From a virus, in IMG/VR virus record IMGVR_UViG_3300050821_001858, positions 32,001 to 96,000 of that record: a stretch of 64,000 nucleotides of DNA, one strand, 5' to 3'. The notes beneath the pieces are model-generated. The model was not told the DNA's origin. It did no database searches and saw only the letters and a list, made by a program, of their open reading frames with translations. Positions 28,342 to 37,289 of the stretch are shown here, piece after piece. Position 1 is the stretch's first letter. Each line of letters opens with the position of its first letter. The position numbers and the translations under genes were made by a program.

Positions 28342-28420
28342 GGTCGGGTAGCTTAAAATATAAAGTAGCTGAAGCCTTGAAACTTCGGCAATGTAGGTGA
28401 AATCCCTACCCTGATCGCCA
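28342..28420 (+). ncRNA. tRNA-like RNA with 7-bp anticodon stem and 8-nt loop
   Basis: GGTCGGG/CCTGATC-G-CCA, GCTGAAG-CCTTGAAA-CTTCGGC, T-arm GTAGG-TGAAATC-CCTAC. Confidence 0.7.
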
Positions 28421-28495
28421 ATTAAATCCTAGAGTAAGTCCCCTTTGTTTTTCGACAAGGTGAGATATAACCATTGTAGCATCTAGGATTATTAT

Positions 28496-28594
28496 GCCTC
28501 GGTAGCTTAGAAAATAGAGCGCATCCCGTTTAATATTCATATGGTGGATATTGGGAGGGGTGAGACGTAGGTGAAATACCTACCAGAGGCACCA
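28496..28594 (+). ncRNA. tRNA-like RNA with ~45-nt elongated anticodon arm
   Basis: GCCTC/GAGGC-A-CCA, same GG-less D-loop and GTAGG-TGAAATA-CCTAC T-arm as 28342. Confidence 0.7.
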
Positions 28595-28609
28595 ACGATA
28601 GAGGATATT

Positions 28610-28795
28610 ATGGCACGCAAATCTTTTTTGGATTGTAAACATGAGAATGTTCAAGAGTTTACGGAATGTTGTCTTGATTGTGGATATAATATTTGGACAA
28701 CAAAAAAAGAATATCTGAAAGACCTTCAGCGACAAGCTGGTGGGAAAAACGTTGAAGAAATTCGAAAGCTTGAAAAACAGCTTGGAATAGGTTAA
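28610..28795 (+). CDS. Small Cys/His zinc-binding protein
   Basis: CKH...CCLDCG; GAGG RBS. Confidence 0.6.
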   Translation: MARKSFLDCKHENVQEFTECCLDCGYNIWTTKKEYLKDLQRQAGGKNVEEIRKLEKQLGIG

Positions 28796-28796
28796 T

Positions 28797-28869
28797 GCGA
28801 GGTTAGTTTAGTGGCAGAATAGGCGCTTGATAGGCGTTTGGCTCGGGTTCGATTCCCGTACTCGCACCA
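28797..28869 (+). tRNA. tRNA-Ile(GAT)
   Basis: GGCGC-TTGATAG-GCGTT, CCA; irregular acceptor/T junction. Confidence 0.82.
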
Positions 28870-28875
28870 TTTCAT

Positions 28876-28950
28876 GGACCAGTGGCTTGACGGGGAAGCA
28901 GTAGACTTTTAATCTTCGATATAGGGGTTCGAATCCCCTCTGGTCTTCCA
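28876..28950 (+). tRNA. tRNA-Lys(TTT)
   Basis: Loop CTTTTAA, CCA, U73. Confidence 0.9.
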
Positions 28951-29080
28951 ATAGAATGCATTAGTATATTCTACAGATATTAATGTGAAAAGTATACGGT
29001 TCCGGTTGCATGTTTTGTAGAGAGTATATTGTAAACGTAAAGGGGGACAGTCTTCAAAACGGGAACCCAATAAATATCGA

Positions 29081-29320
29081 ATGCTAAGCGGATATGGGTT
29101 GACAACGGCTCACATTTTGTATAGAATACCGGACTACCAGAACATCCTTCAAACGTTTGTCTGGCAAGAATTTGACTTTCATCCTGAGTATCCTCATTTG
29201 AGGAAGTTTCTTGTCTTCTGGCATAAGAAGATTGAAGGACCGATCTTTAAGGTCGAAGTTGCTCATGCTGGTTATGAAAACAAGATTGAACTTGCAAAGG
29301 ATATCTGGAAATTACAATGA
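29081..29320 (+). CDS. usg: Usg-family protein (alphaproteobacterial)
   Basis: GYGLTTAHILYRIPD..LQTFVWQEFD..PEYP.L..FL.FW...IEGPI..V.VAH. Confidence 0.88.
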   Translation: MLSGYGLTTAHILYRIPDYQNILQTFVWQEFDFHPEYPHLRKFLVFWHKKIEGPIFKVEVAHAGYENKIELAKDIWKLQ

Positions 29321-29535
29321 ATATGATTAAAGATATAATTGAAGAGTTGTATGGAAATATGTTCGATGCAACTAATACATCAACAATTTATGATTGGCGT
29401 AGTGCTTTTGAATATTATAAAGTAATAGGATATGATGAAATGAGATATCTGGATATACGACGATCAGAATTTTCCCAGATGCCCTTAGGGTATATGTGGA
29501 ATAATCACGATAAGATTTTTAGATCAGTGGAATAA
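29317..29535 (+). CDS. Small aromatic-rich protein (dispersed family)
   Basis: ATGA-coupled, ends HDKIFRSVE. Confidence 0.55.
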   Translation: MNMIKDIIEELYGNMFDATNTSTIYDWRSAFEYYKVIGYDEMRYLDIRRSEFSQMPLGYMWNNHDKIFRSVE

Positions 29536-29536
29536 T

Positions 29537-29613
29537 GGACCAATGGCTCGATTGGAATGGCACGCCGCTCTTAACGGTTGTTTATAAGGGTTCGATTCCC
29601 TTTTGGTCCTCCA
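29537..29613 (+). tRNA. tRNA-Lys(CTT)
   Basis: Loop CTCTTAA, CCA. Confidence 0.88.
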
Positions 29614-29620
29614 TTTTAAT

Positions 29621-29695
29621 GCGTCTGGACGCTGCTAGTGTGGCGACTCCCCTGTCACGGGAGCGAGCGGGGAGCGTAACCCCGTAGACGCGCCA
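29621..29695 (+). tRNA. tRNA-Asp(GTC)
   Basis: CTCCC-CTGTCAC-GGGAG, G73, T-loop AGCGTAA. Confidence 0.85.
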
Positions 29696-29858
29696 ATTCC
29701 CCGTATCTCGCTAGTAGGTACAGCATTATATTGATTAGCTGGTACGTGGGATAAAACAGGTCACAAAGAGAGTTGAGAGCCTTTACATGTGACCCGTTGG
29801 ATAAAAATGCTGATAGTTTATCGCAATGAATTGTGGCTCATGGTTTTATAGGTGATCA

Positions 29859-30044
29859 ATGATCCGTGATACGGAAGCTAGAGAAATTGAAAGATTGTAT
29901 GCTGTCTATGCAAAGACTGTAGGGTATTTTGGAGAAGCTTTGAAGACTATACCTGATCATCCTTTGACTTTTTTTCCTATTAAACCGTATCAACGTAGTA
30001 TTAGAAGATACATACAAGAGACAATAAGTTATTTTTTTAGTTAA
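29859..30044 (+). CDS. Small aromatic-rich protein (dispersed family)
   Basis: AGGTGA RBS, ends ETISYFFS. Confidence 0.55.
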   Translation: MIRDTEAREIERLYAVYAKTVGYFGEALKTIPDHPLTFFPIKPYQRSIRRYIQETISYFFS

Positions 30045-30045
30045 A

Positions 30046-30122
30046 CAGGGCGTAGCTCAGTCTGGTAGAGTTCTCGTTTTGGAAACGAGCGGTCGCACGT
30101 TCGAGTCGTGCCGTCCTGACCA
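30046..30122 (+). tRNA. tRNA-Pro(TGG)
   Basis: CTCGT-TTTGGAA-ACGAG, CCA. Confidence 0.93.
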
Positions 30123-30142
30123 ATTATTCACCATAAAAATCT

Positions 30143-30216
30143 CAGGGAGTAGCTTAGTGGTAAAGTTCTCGCTTCGGAAGCGAGCGACAAAGGTTCGATT
30201 CCTTTTTCCCTGACCA
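30143..30216 (+). tRNA. tRNA-Pro(CGG)
   Basis: CTCGC-TTCGGAA-GCGAG, CCA. Confidence 0.92.
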
Positions 30217-30323
30217 TTTCATAAAAAGTTCCTCTAAATAAAAATCTTTTTTACTCGATTATTGCGATTGCTAAGAGTTTTCTCCCCTAAATACTACGTC
30301 GAACACAAAGACGCGGAGGGAAA

Positions 30324-30683
30324 ATGAATTTAGATCAATATCAGCGCCTCTTTGTGATGTTAGAACTAGTCTTACACGAACAAAGGGAGTTAAAGAAGAT
30401 GGTAGTAGATTTTACAGCACTTATAAGCCAAGTTGCTAACACTGTTGGTGCAGAACAGTCAGCAATTGTTGCAATTCAGGGTATCGCAGCAGAAATTCAG
30501 GCAGCAGTAGCTTCCGAAGATTCAGCAGCAGCAACCGAGATTGCATCTCTTGCATCTCAGCTTTCGGCTTCAGCTAATGCTCTAGCAGCAGCAGTTGCAA
30601 CCACGGTTCCGGCTAACACTGTAAGTAACACTGTTGTTGCGAACACTGTTCCGGTTACCAATACCGCTCCGGTATCTAACTAA
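30324..30683 (+). CDS. Ala-rich helical protein with ANT-rich tail
   Basis: GGAGG RBS, upstream CTAAATA, downstream terminator. Confidence 0.7.
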   Translation: MNLDQYQRLFVMLELVLHEQRELKKMVVDFTALISQVANTVGAEQSAIVAIQGIAAEIQAAVASEDSAAATEIASLASQLSASANALAAAVATTVPANTVSNTVVANTVPVTNTAPVSN

Positions 30684-30944
30684 TACGCCTTTCCAGGGCG
30701 TCGTGTTAGGGGGGCAGCAATGTCCCCCTTTCTTTTATAAGGGAGATCAAGATGCGAGATTTTCGTAGAGGAAGAGAATATGGGCGTGTTGAGATTGTGC
30801 AGGTTTCTGTTGCTAACACAGCCAATACTGCTAATACGACAAGTAACACTAGTACAACCACCAATCCTTTAGCTAACGTTGTAAATCAAGTAGCTAATGT
30901 GGGTAGTATCTTTTCAAGTTTAGGTAATCTATTCAAACGTTAAT

Positions 30945-31035
30945 GCGCTTCGGTGTTGGACATGAGATGGACTTATAAACCATTTTGCAGCGGACGGCTG
31001 TATCTAACTAGGTTCGAATCCTAGGAGGCGCACCA
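30945..31035 (+). tRNA. tRNA-Ile(TAT)-like with long variable arm
   Basis: GCGCTTC/GAGGCGC, loop CTTATAA, V-arm TGCAGC/GCTGTA, CCA. Confidence 0.75.
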
Positions 31036-31077
31036 TTTTTCCTTGACTGGTAGGACTTAATCTGCTAGGATGGTATC

Positions 31078-31479
31078 ATGAAAGCTATGATGTCAATTGA
31101 CCAATATGCTGATCCATTGCCCTTGTTGACAATGTTCGTGCATGGTTGCCCCCACAAGAGGGTTTATCGTCCGTATCTTCAAAGGATGCGAGATGATTTC
31201 ACACATTCGGCTCAGAGGCAACTTAAGTTGCCGTTCATCAAGAACGAGTATAATTCAGGTTATATGATTGATTATCCTATCGATATTAACGTGGTCTATA
31301 CTAATCCCATGAGTGAGGATATGGATCACTTGATGGAAGCATTGTATATGATCATGGATGGTCCTTCAGGTTCTTTGAAGGGTCCTTCAGTTCTAAAGGA
31401 TGATCGATTGATCAAAGGTTTTTCTTGTCGGATATATTATCCCGAAGATAAAACCAAACGTGAAACGGAGAGATGGTAA
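31078..31479 (+). CDS. RusA-like nuclease-fold protein
   Basis: DMDHLMEAL..MDG...LKDDRLI resembles RusA DxDN..K..D...DD motif; upstream TTGACT-N17-TAGGAT. Confidence 0.5.
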   Translation: MKAMMSIDQYADPLPLLTMFVHGCPHKRVYRPYLQRMRDDFTHSAQRQLKLPFIKNEYNSGYMIDYPIDINVVYTNPMSEDMDHLMEALYMIMDGPSGSLKGPSVLKDDRLIKGFSCRIYYPEDKTKRETERW

Positions 31480-31651
31480 TGGTAACATATGTTTATATTT
31501 TAGTATTCTGTGTTGCCACCAACTTTGCATCTTGTCAACCGATTAAAGTTTTTGCACATAGTTCGGGTTGTGTTGCAGAGATAAAATCTAATCCTATTTC
31601 AAGACACGGATACTATGATTGTTTTGAATTACAAGTACATGAGGATTAATT

Positions 31652-31843
31652 ATGGGTTCAACATCAGCAGCAAAAAAGCGTTCCGACGCTTATCAATTTG
31701 GAGAACAAGCACGACATTTTTTCAAGACGTTTAATGGTAACAGGTTAGCCCAAGATGGTAAGCCTGTTCCTCACCCTAATGATCTTGAACAACGTAAACG
31801 TTTTCCAGAACGTAAACCTAAGAAAGCAAAACAGGAAGGTTAA
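31652..31843 (+). CDS. Small basic protein
   Basis: GAGG RBS; stop inside tRNA-Ser(CGA). Confidence 0.6.
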   Translation: MGSTSAAKKRSDAYQFGEQARHFFKTFNGNRLAQDGKPVPHPNDLEQRKRFPERKPKKAKQEG

Positions 31844-31920
31844 GTCGCCAGGGAGCGACCACGGCTTCGAACACCGTAGGTACCTAACGGTATAGGATTC
31901 GAGTTCCTCGCCTTCCACCA
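31834..31920 (+). tRNA. tRNA-Ser(CGA), 8/4-like
   Basis: Loop TTCGAAC, V-arm, 4-bp T stem AGGA/TCCT, CCA. Confidence 0.8.
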
Positions 31921-31964
31921 TTTTTTCCTTGACAATTCAAGGAAACTCTGATACATTCCATTAT

Positions 31965-32039
31965 GCTAGCGACCAAGGATTTGGGACCTCGGCTGTGAAC
32001 CGGGCGTAAGTTGTGGCTTGACTCCACCCGCTAGTACCA
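31965..32039 (+). tRNA. tRNA-His(GTG), A73 without G-1, 4-bp T stem
   Basis: CTCGG-CTGTGAA-CCGGG; GCTAGCG/CGCTAGT-A-CCA. Confidence 0.82.
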
Positions 32040-32066
32040 TTTTTCTCAAACCATGGAGTATATATT

Positions 32067-32324
32067 ATGACTATTACTGTTGCTGATTTGGTTCCGGGAG
32101 CGTTTTTGGTTAACGTCAATAATGATATTTTGGTTATTCTTGGACCGTCATCCAAAAAAGAAAATCATCTGAAGGCTCTTCTTGTTGATAATTTGGGTGT
32201 TGAAGTTTCTCGATTTGAGATTAGTCATCTCGTTGAGGCTCTTAATACGAGTGAGATGCGTTTAGTTGATCTTGAGGAAGGGGAAAACGATATGCAGGAA
32301 GTATCAGAAACGGAAAAGGTTTAA
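32067..32324 (+). CDS. Hypothetical protein
   Basis: GGAG RBS. Confidence 0.65.
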   Translation: MTITVADLVPGAFLVNVNNDILVILGPSSKKENHLKALLVDNLGVEVSRFEISHLVEALNTSEMRLVDLEEGENDMQEVSETEKV

Positions 32325-32333
32325 TATAATAAA

Positions 32334-32421
32334 GGAAGGATGTGTGAGTGGTTTAAACAGCTACCCTGGAAAGGTAGTATACCGAGAGGTATCGTCGGTT
32401 CGAATCCGACTTCTTCCGCCA
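32334..32421 (+). tRNA. tRNA-Ser(GGA)
   Basis: Canonical class II cloverleaf, G73, CCA. Confidence 0.94.
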
Positions 32422-32432
32422 TTTAATAGAAT

Positions 32433-32520
32433 GGATAGTTGGCAGAGTGGATGATCGCACTTGTCTTGAAAACAAGCGTACCGAGAGGTACCGTGGGTTC
32501 GAATCCTACACTATCCGCCA
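32433..32520 (+). tRNA. tRNA-Ser(TGA)
   Basis: Canonical class II cloverleaf, G73, CCA. Confidence 0.94.
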
Positions 32521-32537
32521 TTTAAAAGAGACGTGAG

Positions 32538-33140
32538 ATGTTATTATATCATGGAACAAGTAAGAAATTGGTTGATGATATTTTGAAAGAAGGTTTGAAA
32601 CCTCGGGGAGAAGATAAAGGTAACTGGTACGTAAATAACATACCAAGCCATCCCGATTTAATATACCTAACTGATCAGAAATGGCTAACGTATTTTTACG
32701 CTCTTAATTGTGCGGTTAATACAATGTCAAATGGAGGGTGTCTTCTTACAATTGATACTGAATTTCTTGACGAAGATAAGTTTCGGATTGACGAAAATTA
32801 CTACACCGAAATTGAATTGGATCGAACAAATGCTACTAATAAGGCTGTTCCTTTTGAAATACGATATGATCAATTAGATAGAATAGCATCAGATAAACGT
32901 TGGAAAGAATCGTTATCTGTATGTAATGCTTGTTCTTTTAAAGGGGTCATTCCTCCGACAGCTATTATAAGTACTGATTATGTCGATAATGAATGGAATC
33001 CTCTTTTTAGAAAAGAGTTTGTGGCTTCTTCAGATGTAGAAGCTAATTTAGCAACAATTAAAGTTGTTTTGGACACTACAGGAGTTTTCATAAATACCAA
33101 CACAGGTGAATGCTGTTGGGAAGATAGAATTTCAACTTGA
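32538..33140 (+). CDS. ADP-ribosyltransferase/Tpt1(KptA)-fold protein
   Basis: LYHGTS....ILKEGLKP...IYLT...LLTID...IPP.AI. Confidence 0.6.
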   Translation: MLLYHGTSKKLVDDILKEGLKPRGEDKGNWYVNNIPSHPDLIYLTDQKWLTYFYALNCAVNTMSNGGCLLTIDTEFLDEDKFRIDENYYTEIELDRTNATNKAVPFEIRYDQLDRIASDKRWKESLSVCNACSFKGVIPPTAIISTDYVDNEWNPLFRKEFVASSDVEANLATIKVVLDTTGVFINTNTGECCWEDRIST

Positions 33141-33196
33141 CCACGGATGTACTGGCAAGTTAGTTGGGGAGTTGGAAGCCCTTACAAACCGTTTAT

Positions 33197-33273
33197 AGCG
33201 CGGACAAGCTTCGGTAGGCTGGCATGTCTCATAAGCATGTGTAAAGTGGGTTCGACCCCCACCTGCGCAACCA
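33197..33273 (+). tRNA. tRNA-Met(CAT), initiator-like 1:72 mismatch
   Basis: A1xA72 mismatch, CATGT-CTCATAA-GCATG (lacks the 3 G-C pairs), CCA. Confidence 0.82.
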
Positions 33274-33789
33274 AAATAAAGGATATATCATGTATGATGT
33301 AGGTTTCAATTGGAAATCTGAGTTTAAGAATGAGATGATATATATTCCTCCAAAAATAAAGAGACACATAACAATAAAATATCGATTACCGTTTGAAACA
33401 GGTTGTGCTTCTTGGAGATGGTATCATAAGTTTCTTCATACACACGAAGATAAAATGATATTTCCTGTTATGTGTGATACAAATGAAATCCTTATGGAAA
33501 AAGGATTGGTAATGTGTTAAAAGGAGAGTATGATGAAGTGGTTTATGCTTGAAGGAAAGTATTGCGTTTTGTTTTATATCATGATGGCAATCTGCTTCCA
33601 GATGGGTTATTTGTCTGGCATTGGTTTCCTCACAGTTTTATCATCGATCCTTTGGACTGTGGTTATCCTTTTTGGATGTGTATTGTTATCGTCCTATCTT
33701 ATGGTTTTAGATTATAAGAAATATCGAGCAGCGCAAATTCTTGCGGCTCAAGAGGAACGGGATTTAAAAGAGCAGGCGGGAGAATAATA

Positions 33790-34446
33790 ATGCGTAAGAT
33801 TTTGGAGATATCGCAGGCAGAGGGCGGGGAAGACTCCCGTTTATTTGCGCACGACCTTTTTAATGCCTATCGTAAGCTATGCGAGCGCATGGGTTGAAGA
33901 GGTACCCCCGTAGGGGAACTTATTTTACAGATTGACAACTGTGATGATCGCATATACAATGAGATCGGTGGTCATCGAATTCAACGTGTCCCCCCGACAG
34001 AAAGACGGGGACGTGTTCATACGTCTACTGTTACAGTGTCGGTGACTGATGAATTGAAAAATGACTTTAAGATCAATGAGAAGGATTTGAAAGTTGACTG
34101 GTTTTCGGGGTCCGGTAAAGGCGGCCAACATCGTAATAAACATCAAAACTCCTGTAGACTTACTCACATACCTACAGGAATTACTCAAAAAGCCGAAGCT
34201 AGAGATCGACAAACGTCTTATCGCGAAGCATTTCAGGCATTATCTTCACTTCTACAATCTAGCCGGGCGTATCAGGCGACCGTTAGCCAAAGCAACATTC
34301 GACGGGACCAGATGGGCAGTGGAATGCGCGGTGACAAAAGAAGAACCTATCGCTTCCAAGATAACATTGTAACGGATCATGAATTAGGTACAAAGAGTAC
34401 TTGTATTGATCTAATGAATGGAAAGTTTGAAAAGATATGGTCATAA
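33790..34446 (+). CDS. Class I peptide chain release factor (RF1-like) with in-frame UGA at codon 36
   Basis: ILEISQAEGGEDSRLF..AY...MG*R, then EIGGHRIQRVPPTERRGRVHTSTVTV, GKGGQHRNK, RGDKRRTYRF, all in one frame; TGA at 33895-33897. Confidence 0.88.
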
Positions 34447-34616
34447 CACATGAATATTATGAGACAGAGAATGTCAAAGAACGTGCACTTGATGTATTAT
34501 TGAATGTATTAGGAGCGAATATCTATAGGTCTATAGGACGTATCTTTCCTATTGTTCCTGACATGTATTCTTATAATCATTATGTTACTATAATAGAAGA
34601 AATAATGCGGGTATAG
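34437..34616 (+). CDS. Small protein (dispersed family candidate)
   Basis: 59 aa read manually; stop TAG inside tRNA-Gly. Confidence 0.45.
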   Translation: MVITHEYYETENVKERALDVLLNVLGANIYRSIGRIFPIVPDMYSYNHYVTIIEEIMRV

Positions 34617-34681
34617 CATAACGGTTTATGTGCCTGATTGCCAATCAAGCGTAGTGGGTCCGACTCCCTCTGCCCGCACCA
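34607..34681 (+). tRNA. tRNA-Gly(GCC)
   Basis: Loop TTGCCAA, T-loop TCCGACT, CCA. Confidence 0.85.
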
Positions 34682-35360
34682 ATTTTACCCCTTGACAACA
34701 TGAAAGTAATGAGGTAGATTGCAAAAATGTCTGAAGAAGCGAGAGATATGAATAACTACAAGCCTTACAGGACGAAGGCTCAGAAAGCTGAAGCCCGTCG
34801 TCTAGCCGTCAAGATTGACGGTCGTTGGGTGTCGTCTGCCCCTGTTTCGCGTCATGCGAGCAAGGAATTAACCATTGATGTACCGGAGGAAAAGTAATGT
34901 CGGAAATGGCATGCCCCGCTGAAAAACTCAAGTGGGGCGACGAGGTTCGGCTTAAGACCGATGAAAAGTCCAAGGGTTTGATCGTTGATGTGCAGAAAGA
35001 TGCCACAACGGGTAAGCCGGATTATTTTGAGGTTGACTGGAAAACCGGTCAAAAGACGATGATTTATCACAAGGATCAACTGCTTCTTTTGAAGCCTTCG
35101 TTTGATAGGAGCTAACATGTTCCGCATGTTAATACGATACTTCAAAGAGTACATTGGTTATTATCGTCCTAGTCGTGTCGATATGATCATCAATAGATCG
35201 ATCCAGGCAAAGATTGATCCGAATTTGTTTAAAGACTTTGTTGAGGAAATGCAAAAGCTTCAAGTGCCGCCTGTGCATATGGCAGCTACACATAAACCGC
35301 GTTTCACATCGAGTGATGGTGTGATGACCGATTTGGTCACTGGTGAAGTTTTGTAATTCT

Positions 35361-35435
35361 GGGGGTTTCTTCTATCGGCTAGGAACCTCGCTTCTCAAGC
35401 GAGTAAGACGGGTCCGACTCCCGTAACCCCTACCA
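35361..35435 (+). tRNA. tRNA-Glu(CTC)
   Basis: CTCGC-TTCTCAA-GCGAG, T-loop TCCGACT, CCA. Confidence 0.9.
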
Positions 35436-35707
35436 AGGTTAAGGAAAGATGAACGACGTGTTTGTGAAAACTTTCATTATGGGACGTATGTTGGACAAGA
35501 TAGTGGAATTTGTTCCATTGTCTGAAAGACAACTGCTATTGATTACTAATCAACCGCCCCCTAATTTTATTCAATCTAGGGCTCCTAATAAGGTTATATT
35601 TCTTTCTCAAGGAGGAAAGATAAACATCATACCGACTGGCATGATCCAACATTGGACCTGGGCTGGTTCGAGGGCTCTAAAAGCTTATACAACAAAATGG
35701 TTTGCGT

Positions 35708-36403
35708 ATGAATGATCTAACTGTAAAGAATTTTACGTATGTGGTCGGAGATATCCATGGGATGTATGGCCAGATGCATCAATTGGTCGAGGCTTGTCTG
35801 GGACATGCCAAACATTATTCAATGCATCCGAAATTTGTATTTCTTGGAGATTATATTGACCGCGGACCAAAGTCAAAAGAAGTTATCCAATACTTAATCG
35901 ATTTCCCCCATGATAAAGTTTGTCTCATGGGAAACCATGAAGATATGTGTCTTGATTGGGGTAATCAGAGTATGTGGAGAAATAACGGTGGTATGAAGAC
36001 CGAAGAATCATACCTACCGCAAGGTAGGGTATTGGATGAACATAGAGAATGGATGCGTCGCCTACCCCTTATTCATGAGGATGCACACCGCATTTATGTT
36101 CATGCTGGTTTAAATGATCAATGGTCATTAAAAGAACAGGTAAGAAAGGATATGCTTTGGATTAGAAATGCTTTCCTTTTGTCTGATCATGATTGGGGTA
36201 AACTTGTGGTTCATGGGCACATGCCCTACGATCCTAAAGATTTCCCTCAGTGGGGAATTGATAAGGTTCGTCTTAATCTTGATACTGCTTGTGTGTATGG
36301 TGGTTCTTTGACCGCTGCCTTCTTTAATGATGAACAGCGTAATCCCATCGGATACATTCAAGTTGAAGCTGATAACGTCAACAAGTATACTCAAGGAGTA
36401 TAG
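35708..36403 (+). CDS. Ser/Thr protein phosphatase-like metallophosphoesterase
   Basis: GDIHG, GDYIDRG, GNHE, VHAG, VHGH, LDTAC. Confidence 0.92.
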   Translation: MNDLTVKNFTYVVGDIHGMYGQMHQLVEACLGHAKHYSMHPKFVFLGDYIDRGPKSKEVIQYLIDFPHDKVCLMGNHEDMCLDWGNQSMWRNNGGMKTEESYLPQGRVLDEHREWMRRLPLIHEDAHRIYVHAGLNDQWSLKEQVRKDMLWIRNAFLLSDHDWGKLVVHGHMPYDPKDFPQWGIDKVRLNLDTACVYGGSLTAAFFNDEQRNPIGYIQVEADNVNKYTQGV

Positions 36404-36571
36404 AATGGACACCGCAGTTCTTAATAAAGTTGATCAAGAATTTGAATATCGTAAGAAGCGTATCATTGATGATTTGCGTCGTCGGGGTCGTTCCGAAGAA
36501 GATATTCAAGCCCATTTGAAATGGATGGAAGAAAACCGAGATTAATACGTATACTACCTCTGCGTATTAAA

Positions 36572-36932
36572 GTTATAGACGGACTATCGCTGTACACCTA
36601 TATGGGCTACCTTCGGGTACTGTACAGAGGAAAGTCGGGGCTGCACACGAAACCGTACAAGGTAACACCTTGGTATTCATAACTGCCACGCTTTTATGAA
36701 TGACGATTAGAGCAACAGAAAATATGTATGCTTTATATACATGCCTAGATAGAGTGGGATAAACTTGTATATAAAGGCGTAGTGAAATTGGCAATCTCTA
36801 CGGGCAGCAATCCCTAATAGGTCACTAGCCTTCGTGGGCGTTACGGTGACGGGTCGGGAGCTAGAGGGTAATCGCGAGGTTACTCCCAGATAAATGATAG
36901 TACTTGACAGAACCCCGCTTATAGTCTATAAT
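36572..36932 (+). ncRNA. rnpB: RNase P RNA
   Basis: P1 TTATAGAC/GTCTATAA, CR-I GAGGAAAGTCGGGGC, AGAGCAACAGAAA, GTGAAA, AGATAAATGA, CR-V ACAGAACCCCGCTTAT. Confidence 0.92.
36904..36932 (+). promoter_or_regulatory. Perfect sigma70 consensus promoter inside rnpB 3' end
   Basis: TTGACA-N17-TATAAT. Confidence 0.7.
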
Positions 36933-37014
36933 GCTACTACCTTAGAATGACCATGATATTGAACGTAACAATTTGGGGCAGTTGGTCGAGCCCCCCTTGA
37001 ATTAAAGGTGATAT

Positions 37015-37206
37015 ATGAAGATTAATCTATTTGCTGCTGCTTTTCTTGTTACCATGGCTTTATTGATTTTTAAAGCATTAGGTTATATTACCATTGGATG
37101 GTTTTGGGTATTCTTGCCCCTTATCATTGGATTTGGATTTTGGATTTTGGTTTTGTTCTTTTGGATTGGAATATTTATTTTGGCTGCTATCTTTAGTAAA
37201 GATTAA
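37015..37206 (+). CDS. Small membrane protein
   Basis: GYITIGWFWVFLP motif, hydrophobic. Confidence 0.75.
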   Translation: MKINLFAAAFLVTMALLIFKALGYITIGWFWVFLPLIIGFGFWILVLFFWIGIFILAAIFSKD

Positions 37207-37207
37207 T

Positions 37208-37288
37208 GCACGCATAACCCCCTCGTCTTCGAAACGAGAGAAAGGTAACTGGATGTAAATGGGGGTTCGAATCCCTCTGCGTGCTCCA
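37208..37288 (+). tRNA. tRNA-Arg(TCG), no conventional D-arm
   Basis: GCACGCA/TGCGTGC, 7-nt connector, CTCGT-CTTCGAA-ACGAG, 22-nt variable region, CCA. Confidence 0.75.
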
Positions 37289-37289
37289 T

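Noticed and set aside
33895-33920. Selenocysteine insertion at the RF UGA
   Set aside because: The position corresponds to an aromatic residue rather than Cys, the hairpin is short, and no tRNA-Sec or sel genes were seen
36949-36995. Additional pseudoknot after rnpB
   Set aside because: Equally explained by a simple GGGGC/GCCCC hairpin; linker too short to be convincing
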